Made by a program: the position numbers and the translations under genes. Under the pieces are notes generated by a model. The model worked only from the letters and a program-made list of their open reading frames with translations. It was not told where the DNA came from and ran no database searches. A stretch of DNA of 64,000 nt from Leptolyngbyaceae cyanobacterium (GTDB taxonomy: Bacteria > Cyanobacteriota > Cyanobacteriia > Phormidesmidales > Phormidesmidaceae), in NCBI GenBank assembly GCA_965263355.1, contig CBDHHL010000045.1, positions 38,077-102,076 on the forward strand, given 5' to 3'. How positions within the stretch are numbered: position 1 is the first letter of the stretch; every line of letters begins with the position of its first letter. Below, one piece after another: positions 16,994 through 26,654 of the stretch.

Positions 16994-18528
16994 TCCCTCA
17001 TTAATTTGTAAATTAAACTTTGAGCTTTAACGATGCATTCTTGAAACTCTTTTTCCTGAGCAGAGTCGACGGCATACCATAATGTTTCTAGCCCTGGGAT
17101 TGCAAGAAACCCGTCAATTTCATACTCTTCACAAAAGCAGTCAACCAAACAGATCATGACGTGCATAGCATCGGTTAATGGTCTTAATTGCAACCAATCA
17201 GCCTTAGCTTTTTTGTTGGCTTTCACTGGCTCAGGGGGCTTAGCAAAATGCGTTTTAATGTTCGGCTGGCTGGCTAATGTCTTAGCTAATGCATTACCTG
17301 GGATAATCGGCATTGGTACCCTAGCTTCAAACAGCATGTAACTAGTGGTCGGCTGATCACTAACTCCAGTAATTAAAAATTGCCGAATCATCCAGTGATG
17401 ACTCCAAATAGTGCTTTTGGGCATCCCTGATACATCGTGAGCAGGGTTAAAGCCCATATTGATGATGCCGTTAACGCTATATCCATCGCGAAATGTACGC
17501 AAATGTGATTTGCCCCAATTAACTAGAGCAATATCATTAGAATCTCGTTTGCTAGGCTTGATTTTTTTGGCTTTTTCATATTCAGTTTCTATATACGAAA
17601 CAAGTTCTTGCCAATCACCAACCGGATATCTAAGCCCAGTCGTTGCCGCCATGCCATAAAGAATCACTGGGCTTGGGCAATAGATGTTAGCAACCAGCGG
17701 CCAGAGTTCTTGAAACAATCGAAGGGTTACCCAAACATCTTGAGCGCAATATTCGAACAATGTCTGTGGCCCTTCTCCACCAACTGTTTTCAGGATCTCA
17801 ATTCCCAGCACATCACTAGCTAAACTGGCCAAGTCCATATCGGATGCCTGGGTTGCCCAATCAGGAGCAGGCTTACCATTAGAGATCGCAACCTTGTACT
17901 TCTCATACTGCGATCGTTGTTCTTTATGCACGCCTCTGACAAGCATTGCCAGGGCCATCACATCTATAAATAGACAACGCTCTGGTCCATACTCTGCATA
18001 AGAACTACTAAGAAATTGCGAATCATGGGCAGCGCCATTTTGAGTGATCACGATGCAACCAGTTGGGAACGGAATAGTACGCTGCTTAGTTTCCGTCCAG
18101 CGATACATTGGGTTTTGCTCTTGCCATGCATACCAGTAACCATCGGCCCCATAGCAAATGCATAGGCAAGGCAACCATGCGTCTATATCAGCGTTGGCCG
18201 TGAATGCTTGCAATTCAATGGATTCAACATCGAGAACCATGGTTGCAGGCAGGTCATCAGGGGAAATGCATTGCCAGCTGCCCTCATCAAGACGAGACCA
18301 ACCACTGCCGCCCACATCGGCAAATGTTGGGATAAATTCAACTGGGAATCGTTCAACTTGCACATTGTTTAATAGGGGGGTTAATTCAACTGCAATGTCA
18401 TACCATAAATCCCCCACCATTCCTTCTAGCCAAGCTCGCCACTCGGCACCTGTGGCCCCCTCCTTAGGATATGGATAAGAGCTGAACTTTGGTTCTGTTA
18501 CTGGTCTAGTAATTGTTGTTGCTGACAT
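16990..18528 (-). CDS. DNA polymerase gamma-like protein: intact 3'-5' exonuclease, collapsed polymerase domain
   Basis: LDVES (ExoI), HD (ExoII), YCAQDVWVT..CPSPVILYGM (ExoIII, POLG-like). No recognisable motif A Asp or motif C HDE. Confidence 0.7.
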   Translation of the reverse strand: MSATTITRPVTEPKFSSYPYPKEGATGAEWRAWLEGMVGDLWYDIAVELTPLLNNVQVERFPVEFIPTFADVGGSGWSRLDEGSWQCISPDDLPATMVLDVESIELQAFTANADIDAWLPCLCICYGADGYWYAWQEQNPMYRWTETKQRTIPFPTGCIVITQNGAAHDSQFLSSSYAEYGPERCLFIDVMALAMLVRGVHKEQRSQYEKYKVAISNGKPAPDWATQASDMDLASLASDVLGIEILKTVGGEGPQTLFEYCAQDVWVTLRLFQELWPLVANIYCPSPVILYGMAATTGLRYPVGDWQELVSYIETEYEKAKKIKPSKRDSNDIALVNWGKSHLRTFRDGYSVNGIINMGFNPAHDVSGMPKSTIWSHHWMIRQFLITGVSDQPTTSYMLFEARVPMPIIPGNALAKTLASQPNIKTHFAKPPEPVKANKKAKADWLQLRPLTDAMHVMICLVDCFCEEYEIDGFLAIPGLETLWYAVDSAQEKEFQECIVKAQSLIYKLMRD

Positions 18529-18860
18529 GGTTTATTAGTTTGTTGTTTGAACTTTTGACCGGCCCATTGTGCGTGCTTACGTTTTGCATTTTGAGCCTTT
18601 GTTTCTTTCGTCTCGTCGTCATGGGCCACACCAACGGTTTGACGACGGTATACCTCAATTAAGTAAGGGATTTTATGCTTTTTCTTATTAAGGCAGTCAA
18701 GCCGTTGGTTAACATCTACCCACCAAATGCCACCAGAACGGGCTAGGCAATAATTACAGCGGCATAAGCTAGCGTCTAAGCCTGGAATGATGGCATCCGA
18801 TGGGGCAGTGCATTTGATTTTAGAGCGACGGGTTAATGGTAGTTCTAATTGATGAGGCAT
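18498..18860 (-). CDS. hypothetical protein (possible CxxC zinc site)
   Basis: CRCNYC; operonic. Confidence 0.55.
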   Translation of the reverse strand: MPHQLELPLTRRSKIKCTAPSDAIIPGLDASLCRCNYCLARSGGIWWVDVNQRLDCLNKKKHKIPYLIEVYRRQTVGVAHDDETKETKAQNAKRKHAQWAGQKFKQQTNKPCQQQQLLDQ

Positions 18861-19246
18861 GGCTTTTGATAGTCTGGGAAGATAATCTCATCTATGGGCA
18901 AACACACTTCATAACCAGCTTGTTCAGCAAGGTTCAAAATATCTTCAGGTTCTAATCCACCACAAAAAAGACAAGCGGCTGCATAATTCATCATTGATTC
19001 TTGAGTATGCGGTGAATCATCTTTCTTGTATAAATGCTGGTAACAGAAGATCTCTCCCGTTGCTAGCTTTAATCTGACCTTGACAGGGCTTCCCGAATAG
19101 CCGTTTATTCCACAATAAATCCATATCGCAATTGGTGGAGCGCCACCGACCCCAGCCTCAATGCCAACGGTCACATTCACCCCCCGCAAGTTAGGGATTT
19201 TAAGTATTGAAGACTGAAGTATTTTTTTTGAGATTTTCATTACCAA
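18845..19246 (-). CDS. hypothetical protein
   Basis: Operonic. Confidence 0.6.
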   Translation of the reverse strand: MVMKISKKILQSSILKIPNLRGVNVTVGIEAGVGGAPPIAIWIYCGINGYSGSPVKVRLKLATGEIFCYQHLYKKDDSPHTQESMMNYAAACLFCGGLEPEDILNLAEQAGYEVCLPIDEIIFPDYQKPCLIN

Positions 19247-19644
19247 GTCACCCCCATTTCTTCTAAAAGTTCTGCACTACCTTGATGACAAACGCCACAC
19301 ATCCCACTGCCGTAATATCCGCCATATCTAAACAGCCGAGTCCCGCAACATTCGCAATTGCCAAACTTTTGAGTCTTATTTCCTGCTATGTCTGCAATAG
19401 CTTCAGCTACACAGAAATAGGAATCACCTTTAGAATCGGGCGGGCAATGCTCACTAAAGCTTTCAATCAAGTAAGAAATATCTTTGCTTTTGACTGGCAA
19501 AGTAAAACTAGCCTTAATCTCATCATGGACACTTAGTAGCAAAACTCTATTATCGGGATGGAATAAAATGCAATAGCCCTCATGCTCGTAATCTTTTTGT
19601 TCATGAAGATCGTAAACATCGTAAAGACCTTTTCTTAGTGACAT
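19240..19644 (-). CDS. hypothetical protein with C-terminal zinc ribbon
   Basis: CECCG..CGVC. Confidence 0.6.
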   Translation of the reverse strand: MSLRKGLYDVYDLHEQKDYEHEGYCILFHPDNRVLLLSVHDEIKASFTLPVKSKDISYLIESFSEHCPPDSKGDSYFCVAEAIADIAGNKTQKFGNCECCGTRLFRYGGYYGSGMCGVCHQGSAELLEEMGVTW

Positions 19645-19668
19645 AGCTTTAGCTCCTAACTGTACTTT

Positions 19669-20331
19669 TTACACAGGAAAAATTTCTAATTGGTCTATTC
19701 CACCTTGAATCCTTCTAGCGGAACGTCTTGGCTTAGTGGCTTTAGGGTAAGGATCGCATCGCTGATGTTGCGGGCTTGAATGGGAATAATGAAACTCGTC
19801 TAAAATCTCTCTAGATAGATGAAACCATTCGCCTCTAACTAAAAGGTCTTTATATTTAAGATGTAATAGTTTTTCTTCTTTTTCTTCGCCTTTGATAGTG
19901 CTTAAAAGCTTTAGTGTTATAGGGTTGCCAGTCTGCAAGGTAGAAAGTCGTTTAAGCAACATAGATTCAGCTGTTAATCCTATTTTTAGAAAATTTTCTG
20001 ATTGCACTAAATAAACAATATTGCTTTTTGTTTGGCTCCTTGTGTTATTGCACCAATCCCAGAATCTTTTTGCAATTTCAGGATGTGCCCAGGTGCCACC
20101 CTTGCCTCTTCCTCGAATTGCTACTAATGAAACGCCAGCATCTTTGGAAAATCTTTTTAAGAAAGTATTAGTTGATTTATTTTCTAGCCAATGATCAATT
20201 CGCTTGCCGGTAGCATTAGCCATCTGATTGAGATTGATATAGCCATCTTCTCGCTTTTGCCAGATATCAACTTGATTAAAGCTGCGAACGATATTGGAAT
20301 CGTTATTGTCGTTGGAAGTGTTCATGGTCAT
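19669..20331 (-). CDS. KilA-N + T5orf172/GIY-YIG-like domain protein
   Basis: DGYINLNQMA..GTWAHPEIA; VYLVQ..LKIGLT..RLSTLQTGNP..GEWF. Confidence 0.85.
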   Translation of the reverse strand: MTMNTSNDNNDSNIVRSFNQVDIWQKREDGYINLNQMANATGKRIDHWLENKSTNTFLKRFSKDAGVSLVAIRGRGKGGTWAHPEIAKRFWDWCNNTRSQTKSNIVYLVQSENFLKIGLTAESMLLKRLSTLQTGNPITLKLLSTIKGEEKEEKLLHLKYKDLLVRGEWFHLSREILDEFHYSHSSPQHQRCDPYPKATKPRRSARRIQGGIDQLEIFPV

Positions 20332-20402
20332 AGCTTTTAGCCTTTTCTTGTTTAGTTTGAATTACTTAAATTGATGCACCGTGAATTGACGAACTTGACT
20401 AG

Positions 20403-22121
20403 TTAGCACATAAAAATCAACTGTTTACGTGCCCTAGTAGCTGCGGTGTACAGCAGCTTTCGAGGATCCCAAGTTTCGTCAAATTTTGCTTGTGCGTTCG
20501 ACATAAGAGTCTTCATGTCAAGCACGACAATATCTACTGTTACGCCTTGCAGCCGATGGCAAGTGCTCACATAGCTGTAACTGGCCTTATCAGCAAAGTT
20601 GGCCAAGTCAAAGTAGTCTATCCACAATCTCGTTTTAAGCTTTTGATATTCATACTGCTGTAAATCTTCGCCGTTCTTCTTTTTCCACCAATTTTTTAAA
20701 CCAAACTCTTCCCAAACAGCCTTAGCCTGCTCCCCTTCCTGTCCTCTAATACCTGTAGATTTACGACTGCGGGTCTGAGTAACTTTTGCTCGGCTAGCTA
20801 GCTGCTTACATTCAAGCTGCCATTGGTCGTACTGAGCTGGGTTGAGTAAGCATATTGCTTTTCGTTCCGAGAACGGTAGCCCTGACTCATAACGCCGATA
20901 CCGAAAAATCATCCGGCTAAATTTAGTACCAAGCTTTGATGTCATCTCAAATGACTGATCTGTAAGAATTGTTCCAGAAGTGCCAAGACTTACATATGCA
21001 CCCGGTCCGCATAGGTCGCCAAGTTCTAAAAGTGTGCTGGTGTGCTCTTCCAGCTTCGATTTTTTCCCACCGCAAGCAACGTCATAAGCATATGAACTGC
21101 TACGGCTAACGGCATTCAACGTCAATACAACATCCCCTGGATCGTAAAATAGTCCAGACAAATCCCCATCTTTGAGAATGCCGCGAATCTGATAATTAAG
21201 GGCCATTACCCTAGCGTTAGTCGCTGCAGCAAATCGGATAGATTCCCCAGCTGCGTACAGTTCTTTAAGTTGAGGCATGACTTCCCACTCTTGCAGAACC
21301 ATTAAAGTGTCATCTTCCTCCACTCGCTGATGCAGCCAGTTGTAATCTCGTTCAGTACGGACCTTATTGCAGTATTCAAGAATTGCGCCTTTATAGCGAA
21401 CAACCTCTGTTAACTCTTGGAATGACGGCAAAGACTCAACCTTGCTAATTGTTTCGCCAATAGGTGGCAGCTGAGCAGGATCCCCCAAGAAAATAATTTG
21501 AAAGTCAGGGTGCATCACTGGGTCATTCGCTAGTTCGCAAAAAAGCCCATATAGAAGCTTGTCGATCATTGACCATTCATCAACTAACAAAAACCTGACT
21601 TTTTCTATTCCTTCCTTGAGCTTTCCGCTAGGCACAAACGATTGAACTTCAGCGTCTGAAGCGTTGCGACGTATCAACAAAGCATCAATTAACGCCGATT
21701 CATCCGTACTTCTAAGCTCTTCTTTAATGCCTAAAAGGACATCTAATTTATCTTGGTCCTTTCGTTTGAACTCAACTGTCTTAGGCCGCAAACCAAGCAA
21801 TGAATGAGCGGTGGTCACCTCAGTGACAGCACTTCCCCTCAACGAGTTCTCAATCACCCCTTTAGCTTGATGAGTAGGAGCGCAAGCCCAGACCGGGCCA
21901 TTAATAAGCCCCTCTTCAATAGCAGCTTGCACAACATATTTAATCACGGTGGTCTTTCCCGTGCCAGCAAAGCCAGTCACGCGAGCAAGCTTAGAAGGTT
22001 TAAGCCTTAGCCATTCCAGTACCTCAGCCTTAAGAACCTCTTGCTGGCCTGTCAACGTTATTTTTGGCGATTCGTCATCGCCAGTAGCCATCAATAATGA
22101 CGACTGAATCGCCTCAACCAT
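20403..22121 (-). CDS. SF1B (Dda/RecD-like) DNA helicase
   Basis: GFAGTGKT, APTHQA, VDEWSM, GDPAQLPP, TCHRLQG, LYTAATRA. Confidence 0.9.
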   Translation of the reverse strand: MVEAIQSSLLMATGDDESPKITLTGQQEVLKAEVLEWLRLKPSKLARVTGFAGTGKTTVIKYVVQAAIEEGLINGPVWACAPTHQAKGVIENSLRGSAVTEVTTAHSLLGLRPKTVEFKRKDQDKLDVLLGIKEELRSTDESALIDALLIRRNASDAEVQSFVPSGKLKEGIEKVRFLLVDEWSMIDKLLYGLFCELANDPVMHPDFQIIFLGDPAQLPPIGETISKVESLPSFQELTEVVRYKGAILEYCNKVRTERDYNWLHQRVEEDDTLMVLQEWEVMPQLKELYAAGESIRFAAATNARVMALNYQIRGILKDGDLSGLFYDPGDVVLTLNAVSRSSSYAYDVACGGKKSKLEEHTSTLLELGDLCGPGAYVSLGTSGTILTDQSFEMTSKLGTKFSRMIFRYRRYESGLPFSERKAICLLNPAQYDQWQLECKQLASRAKVTQTRSRKSTGIRGQEGEQAKAVWEEFGLKNWWKKKNGEDLQQYEYQKLKTRLWIDYFDLANFADKASYSYVSTCHRLQGVTVDIVVLDMKTLMSNAQAKFDETWDPRKLLYTAATRARKQLIFMC

Positions 22122-22950
22122 ACAAATTACCCAAAATCTCTACAACCACAATAATACCAATCACAATCACACCTGTAAAGACACTTGACAAAAAATAAAC
22201 GCCACTGACAGACCAGCAAGCAAGTCCTTCAAAAGCAAAAAAATAGAGCAACTGGCACACTAAAAAGCAAATTTAACGACAGAATGCGGGTTTCAGCGCT
22301 TTTTAGCTTTAGTGCATCAGTACTATAGTCTTTGGGCAAAACTTAGATTCTATTTAACAGACGTTAACCCCCTGGATTCTGCAAAAAAGCATTCAAAAAA
22401 TCACTGGGTTTCACCTATTAATCCACTGCTTTTCAATAGTTATTTCATAGTTATTTCAAGCGCTTTTTGTCGGCTGTATTCCTTGCTATATATACGTTTC
22501 AGCTATTTCTATGCTCTAATATTTTATATATTTCAATTTCAAACTTTCTGTTTTAGAAATAGATAGAGGCTAATAGGGCATAGATAGGGAGCACTCCTAT
22601 AGAAAACAGAAAGTTTGAGCCAAAAAATGGCCATTTCGATAAAAAAATCGCTGGAACCATTGATATAAAAGGATTTCAAAATTCAAGTTTTAGTGAAATT
22701 CCTAGGAATTTACTAATGATTTTTGTGAAAAAACTGATCACTTTTTGGGCTTAACTACCACTAGTCCTACAAATCACTATCAACTGGCACACTCAACCAG
22801 AGTTTTATGAAGACAGCTTATTTAGTGCTATTTGATACATCGCTAAGCTTTTCTTAGGTCCCCTCGTTCTAGGAAAGGGGAGGGGGGATGCGGCGGCAGT
22901 TTTGTTTTGCTGGCTCTAGAACTGGTTGCAGCGGTCGATATTGGCCAAAG
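22122..22950. other. candidate replication origin (AT-rich non-coding region with repeats)
   Basis: Lies between primase and helicase. 16-bp inverted repeat 22539-22554/22603-22618; direct repeat CAACTGGCACACT at 22249 and 22781. Confidence 0.5.
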
Positions 22951-22953
22951 TAA

Positions 22954-22985
22954 AAGCGCTTCAGGTTTGGTGGCCTGAAGCGCTT
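22954..22985 (-). terminator. intrinsic terminator after primase
   Basis: 12-bp stem AAGCGCTTCAGG/CCTGAAGCGCTT. Confidence 0.7.
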
Positions 22986-23014
22986 GTGTAGTTGTCTGTT
23001 TCGATGTTTGTAGT

Positions 23015-25264
23015 TTAGTTGAATAGTCCTAGCATTTTTCTAATGTCAACGTCTTTTAGTGGCGGTAGTGTTAGCGGAATGCCTTCTCCTGTTTTCCTCT
23101 GAGTTTCGGCCCCGGCGGCAAGGATGTATTTTTTCCAGTTGCGCATTTTTAATGGCTTGCAGCCCGTGTCAATCACCCATTCTTTATAACGATTGTACCA
23201 GACACTAATTATCTGAGTTTGAGCAACGGATAGTTCTAGATGTTCCATCCATTCATAGACAGTATTTGACTCTGCCAAGTGACGTTGCTGTAATGCTATG
23301 TTCTCCTCAGACTTGAGGTGGGTTTTTAGTGTTTCCACTGCTTCATCTAGGGAGATAGCCCAAGCCCAATTAAATATTCCTGGCAGCTCAGCTTTTAATT
23401 TGTTGGCCAGCTCAGTATCGATCTCGGCGGGTTTGCGGCTGAATGGAATATACAATACTCGCCTACTAAGTCCTTCTTGGTCAGCTGCCCTGGACTTGAT
23501 CGGCTGGTTCATAGCTGCCCACAAGACAGTTCTAAACTCTTCGGTTCGTTTATCTTTATATTTAGCTTCTACGTCTAGAGGTTCGTTGACACAGATTGAG
23601 TTAATATTTCCAACTGCCTGACTGCCCAATTCGCCTTTAAGGTCCATTGCAAAACAAGCCCGTTTGCCGGACATACTGTTCATGCCACGGGCATCATTCA
23701 CGTTGTGATAATTCCAGGCGGCATAACTGCCCTCGCCTACCAGCTGTGTCAACACGCTCAAGAATGTTCCCTTACCGATGCCAGCTGGGCCAATTAGAAC
23801 AGGCCATATATGGATAGGGTAGGGGCCTTGTTTTTTAGGCGTGATCGTCCAACGAATAAGGGCTTGAATAATCTCTGGCCACTTTTCATCATCTTCGAAT
23901 ATCCAATTTAGCCAGGTTAACCATTGGATACATTGGGCCTCAGGGTCATACGAAAACCCTAATGTCTGAGTAATATAATTTTGAGGAGAGTGTGGAATAA
24001 GCTCTTTTTTATTAAGCTCCAGCACTCCATTAATAAATCCTAGTAGATGCGGCTGGTCAAATTGGTCTTTACTTAATCGGGTTTTGTTCTCTACAAACCT
24101 CAGTTCTTGCGCCGCGATCGCACGCTTCCTATTTAGCCAACACTGAGTGTCAGCTATTTGTTCGGAAAGTAATTTCCAGGCTTCCTCGCCTACGTCTTTC
24201 CAGATACCCTCTGGGTAATATTGACGTTTTGAATAATCAGGGATATTCGCATAGATGCCATGTAAGGATAACCAACTGATTAACCCCCTAACATGATGCT
24301 GTTTATTAATAGGAGTATCTTTGTGGGCATCGTCTCCCAGTGGTTCAGACGCAAATAGGCACTCAGTATCTAATGACTTATCTTCCCACTTGCATTTTAC
24401 TAATGGCAATGCATGTCTTAACAATTCCTTTACTGGCGATTCGCCCAATAGCATAATTGCGTCATCTAAGCCTAGTTTTTTGGTCTTTTTTTCATTACCA
24501 AGCTTCAATCGTGTTGGAAGCAGCGCATATTTTAATTTTTTAGCTAATACTAGTGTTCGGGTAGGCACTCGTTCGCCAGAGCCTGTCTCGTCTATTTCGA
24601 GCTGATGATAAGCCTCTATTAAATTTCCAGCTAATGCTTTGATGGCACTAGCAACTTGATATTTGTGAGTGATATCGCTATCAAAAACTATGGTTAAGTT
24701 TTGCGCGGCTCTAATATCAATCTCATCAACCAGGCATCCTAAAGCACGGTTGCCCCATTCGTCCTTATCGCCAGTCTTGTAACTGTTAACTCCTCCAATC
24801 CCTATACATGGGATATTGCAGAGTGTTGCTAATAGGCTTTTTTTCTCGCCCTCTGCTAAGGCTAGGTTGAGTCCTGAAAGCTTAGTAAAATCTACTTTGT
24901 TAGCCACTCTCGGAAAATAAATCCGTGGGGGCGCTCCTTTTGGGGATAGATATTTACATTTTGGGGTTGGCGGGTTGTCTGGCCTGAGTCTAAAAAATGG
25001 CCTGCTATCATCCCCCCATCGATATACGTCCTTGCCGTCAATTGTGAAATAAGTGAATATCAGACCGGCTCTACCGTGGCCTGTGAGCGCTCTAGCTAAG
25101 GCAGCATCAGCGCTAAATATGCCAGCTACTAGGGCAGCACTGGGACTTATACCGCTTTCCGCTAAATGATTGGCGTGATGGGCTTCTAGATAGTGCTGCT
25201 CGGGCAGCTCGGGAATAAACTTGCGTATTGATTTCCATCCAAAATCAGCTCCTAATCCACTCAT
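23015..25264 (-). CDS. primase-helicase (DUF3854/Toprim + D5_N + SF3 helicase, P4 family)
   Basis: KYLSPKG, EGEKK, VFDSD, FINGVLEL..PHSP, GPAGIGKGT. Confidence 0.9.
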   Translation of the reverse strand: MSGLGADFGWKSIRKFIPELPEQHYLEAHHANHLAESGISPSAALVAGIFSADAALARALTGHGRAGLIFTYFTIDGKDVYRWGDDSRPFFRLRPDNPPTPKCKYLSPKGAPPRIYFPRVANKVDFTKLSGLNLALAEGEKKSLLATLCNIPCIGIGGVNSYKTGDKDEWGNRALGCLVDEIDIRAAQNLTIVFDSDITHKYQVASAIKALAGNLIEAYHQLEIDETGSGERVPTRTLVLAKKLKYALLPTRLKLGNEKKTKKLGLDDAIMLLGESPVKELLRHALPLVKCKWEDKSLDTECLFASEPLGDDAHKDTPINKQHHVRGLISWLSLHGIYANIPDYSKRQYYPEGIWKDVGEEAWKLLSEQIADTQCWLNRKRAIAAQELRFVENKTRLSKDQFDQPHLLGFINGVLELNKKELIPHSPQNYITQTLGFSYDPEAQCIQWLTWLNWIFEDDEKWPEIIQALIRWTITPKKQGPYPIHIWPVLIGPAGIGKGTFLSVLTQLVGEGSYAAWNYHNVNDARGMNSMSGKRACFAMDLKGELGSQAVGNINSICVNEPLDVEAKYKDKRTEEFRTVLWAAMNQPIKSRAADQEGLSRRVLYIPFSRKPAEIDTELANKLKAELPGIFNWAWAISLDEAVETLKTHLKSEENIALQQRHLAESNTVYEWMEHLELSVAQTQIISVWYNRYKEWVIDTGCKPLKMRNWKKYILAAGAETQRKTGEGIPLTLPPLKDVDIRKMLGLFN

Positions 25265-25348
25265 ATTTATTAAATTCCAGGAAGCCCATTATATTTGCTG
25301 CGTTTTATATAATGGCATTGCTTTACAAGCATGGCTGCATTTTTTCTT

Positions 25349-25391
25349 TTTTGTCAAGCCCCTTGACAAACTTGATTGTATTTTTTAGGGT
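25349..25391. promoter_or_regulatory. back-to-back divergent -35 elements
   Basis: TTTGTCAAG-CCC-CTTGACAAA palindrome; + strand TTGACA-N17-TAGGGT. Confidence 0.6.
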
Positions 25392-25452
25392 TGTACTTAT
25401 AAGCGTTTAGAGCGGTTCGATGCCACGTTTGCTCTAACTCGATGTTCAAAAA

Positions 25453-26646
25453 TTGGAATTTATTATTATGGCCCGATTTCAAAAGAAAGGCTCTAGCACT
25501 CAAGCTCAAACTACTGCAACTGCTGCTGTTCCAAGCATTAACCTTACTCAAAAGTTAATGGACCTTGAGACAGAATTATTGAGTGCTGGGATTAGCGAAG
25601 ACAAGATTGACATTCCGGATCAGAGTTTGCCGGAAGATATTCGTGAGGCGTTTAACCAGCTTGCTGTGAAACTTGGTTTTACCGAGTACAATCCGGACGG
25701 TTGTACTTGCGTTTTTGTAAACAATGATAATGGCGGTTATTTAGCTACACCTGCTATTTATGCCTATGAAGACGGGATTTGCGTCAGGTGGGGACAGCAG
25801 CGATTTGTCATCCCTAATGAAACTGCGTTTCCTAGCGATTTGTACGCGCTTAATTTAGGCGATGATACGCTGATTTTAGATCCATCTGGATATGCGTTGG
25901 TTTGCCCTGTTCGCTTACAGTATGAGCATCGCTCTGAAGATGGGCGCAAACTTGTGAGCGCCCGTTTATCTATGGCGAATACGCCTGAAAAACTTACTGA
26001 GTTTTTGTTGCGAGGAGAGGAAAGAATCAAGTGGGGGGATGTAGAAGACGGTTCAGATATTGAGTTTGCCCATATTAAATGGGTTCCCAAGAGAGACAAA
26101 GAAGGTGAATTTTACGGATCTATCTTAGGTGCTATCGGTGAAAAACCAGTGCTTTTTTACGCACCAGGCAATAAAGAAGATTGGGCAAAGTTTTCTATTG
26201 ATGAAAATGGTTGGTTCGCTGAAGAATTAACCGTTTCCAAGGAAGGCAAAAAACTTAGTGTCAATGGGCATGAGTTTGAGCTGACGGGAGGCAATTACAT
26301 GAAGCTTTCCGAGCTTAGCCCTGAGGTTGAATATAAGATAGTTGGTTACAAAAAGACTCAGGGCAAGTTTGGTGATGGGGTTGAAATTTATGCCATTGTT
26401 GATGGCTCTGAGAAGACGATCAATGGCAATACTTATATTAAACGGGTGCTTTTGGGCTCTACTACTCAATTAAGCATTGATGCCCCTGCGATCCTTTCTA
26501 TTGATAGGATTGAAGAGATGAAGAACAAAAACAAGCGAGTTATTTGTCGTTTACGTTTGCCTGAATCTTCTCAAAGTTCTTTTGTTGCGGGCATCAAGGC
26601 TCGTCTTGCTGAGAATTCTAAGGCTCCTCAGCCAGCCGCTATTTAA
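25453..26646 (+). CDS. hypothetical protein, possibly ssDNA-binding/recombination
   Basis: Long ORF divergent from the primase; beta-rich C-terminus. Function inferred from context only. Confidence 0.6.
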   Translation: MEFIIMARFQKKGSSTQAQTTATAAVPSINLTQKLMDLETELLSAGISEDKIDIPDQSLPEDIREAFNQLAVKLGFTEYNPDGCTCVFVNNDNGGYLATPAIYAYEDGICVRWGQQRFVIPNETAFPSDLYALNLGDDTLILDPSGYALVCPVRLQYEHRSEDGRKLVSARLSMANTPEKLTEFLLRGEERIKWGDVEDGSDIEFAHIKWVPKRDKEGEFYGSILGAIGEKPVLFYAPGNKEDWAKFSIDENGWFAEELTVSKEGKKLSVNGHEFELTGGNYMKLSELSPEVEYKIVGYKKTQGKFGDGVEIYAIVDGSEKTINGNTYIKRVLLGSTTQLSIDAPAILSIDRIEEMKNKNKRVICRLRLPESSQSSFVAGIKARLAENSKAPQPAAI

Positions 26647-26654
26647 TAGTTAGT

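Noticed and set aside
22312..22566. 84-aa ORF in the origin-like region, and the many short antisense ORFs inside long genes
   Set aside because: No Shine-Dalgarno or motifs; low-complexity or shadow frames of real genes.
25407..25437. GGTTCGATGCC as a tRNA T-loop
   Set aside because: No D arm or anticodon arm; just a 5'-UTR hairpin (TTAGAGC/GCTCTAA).
26314..26330. Partial similarity of spacer 1 (TTAGCCCTGA..GGTTGA) to gene 25453..26646
   Set aside because: Needs a 3-nt gap and covers under half the spacer; compatible with chance, so no self-targeting is claimed.
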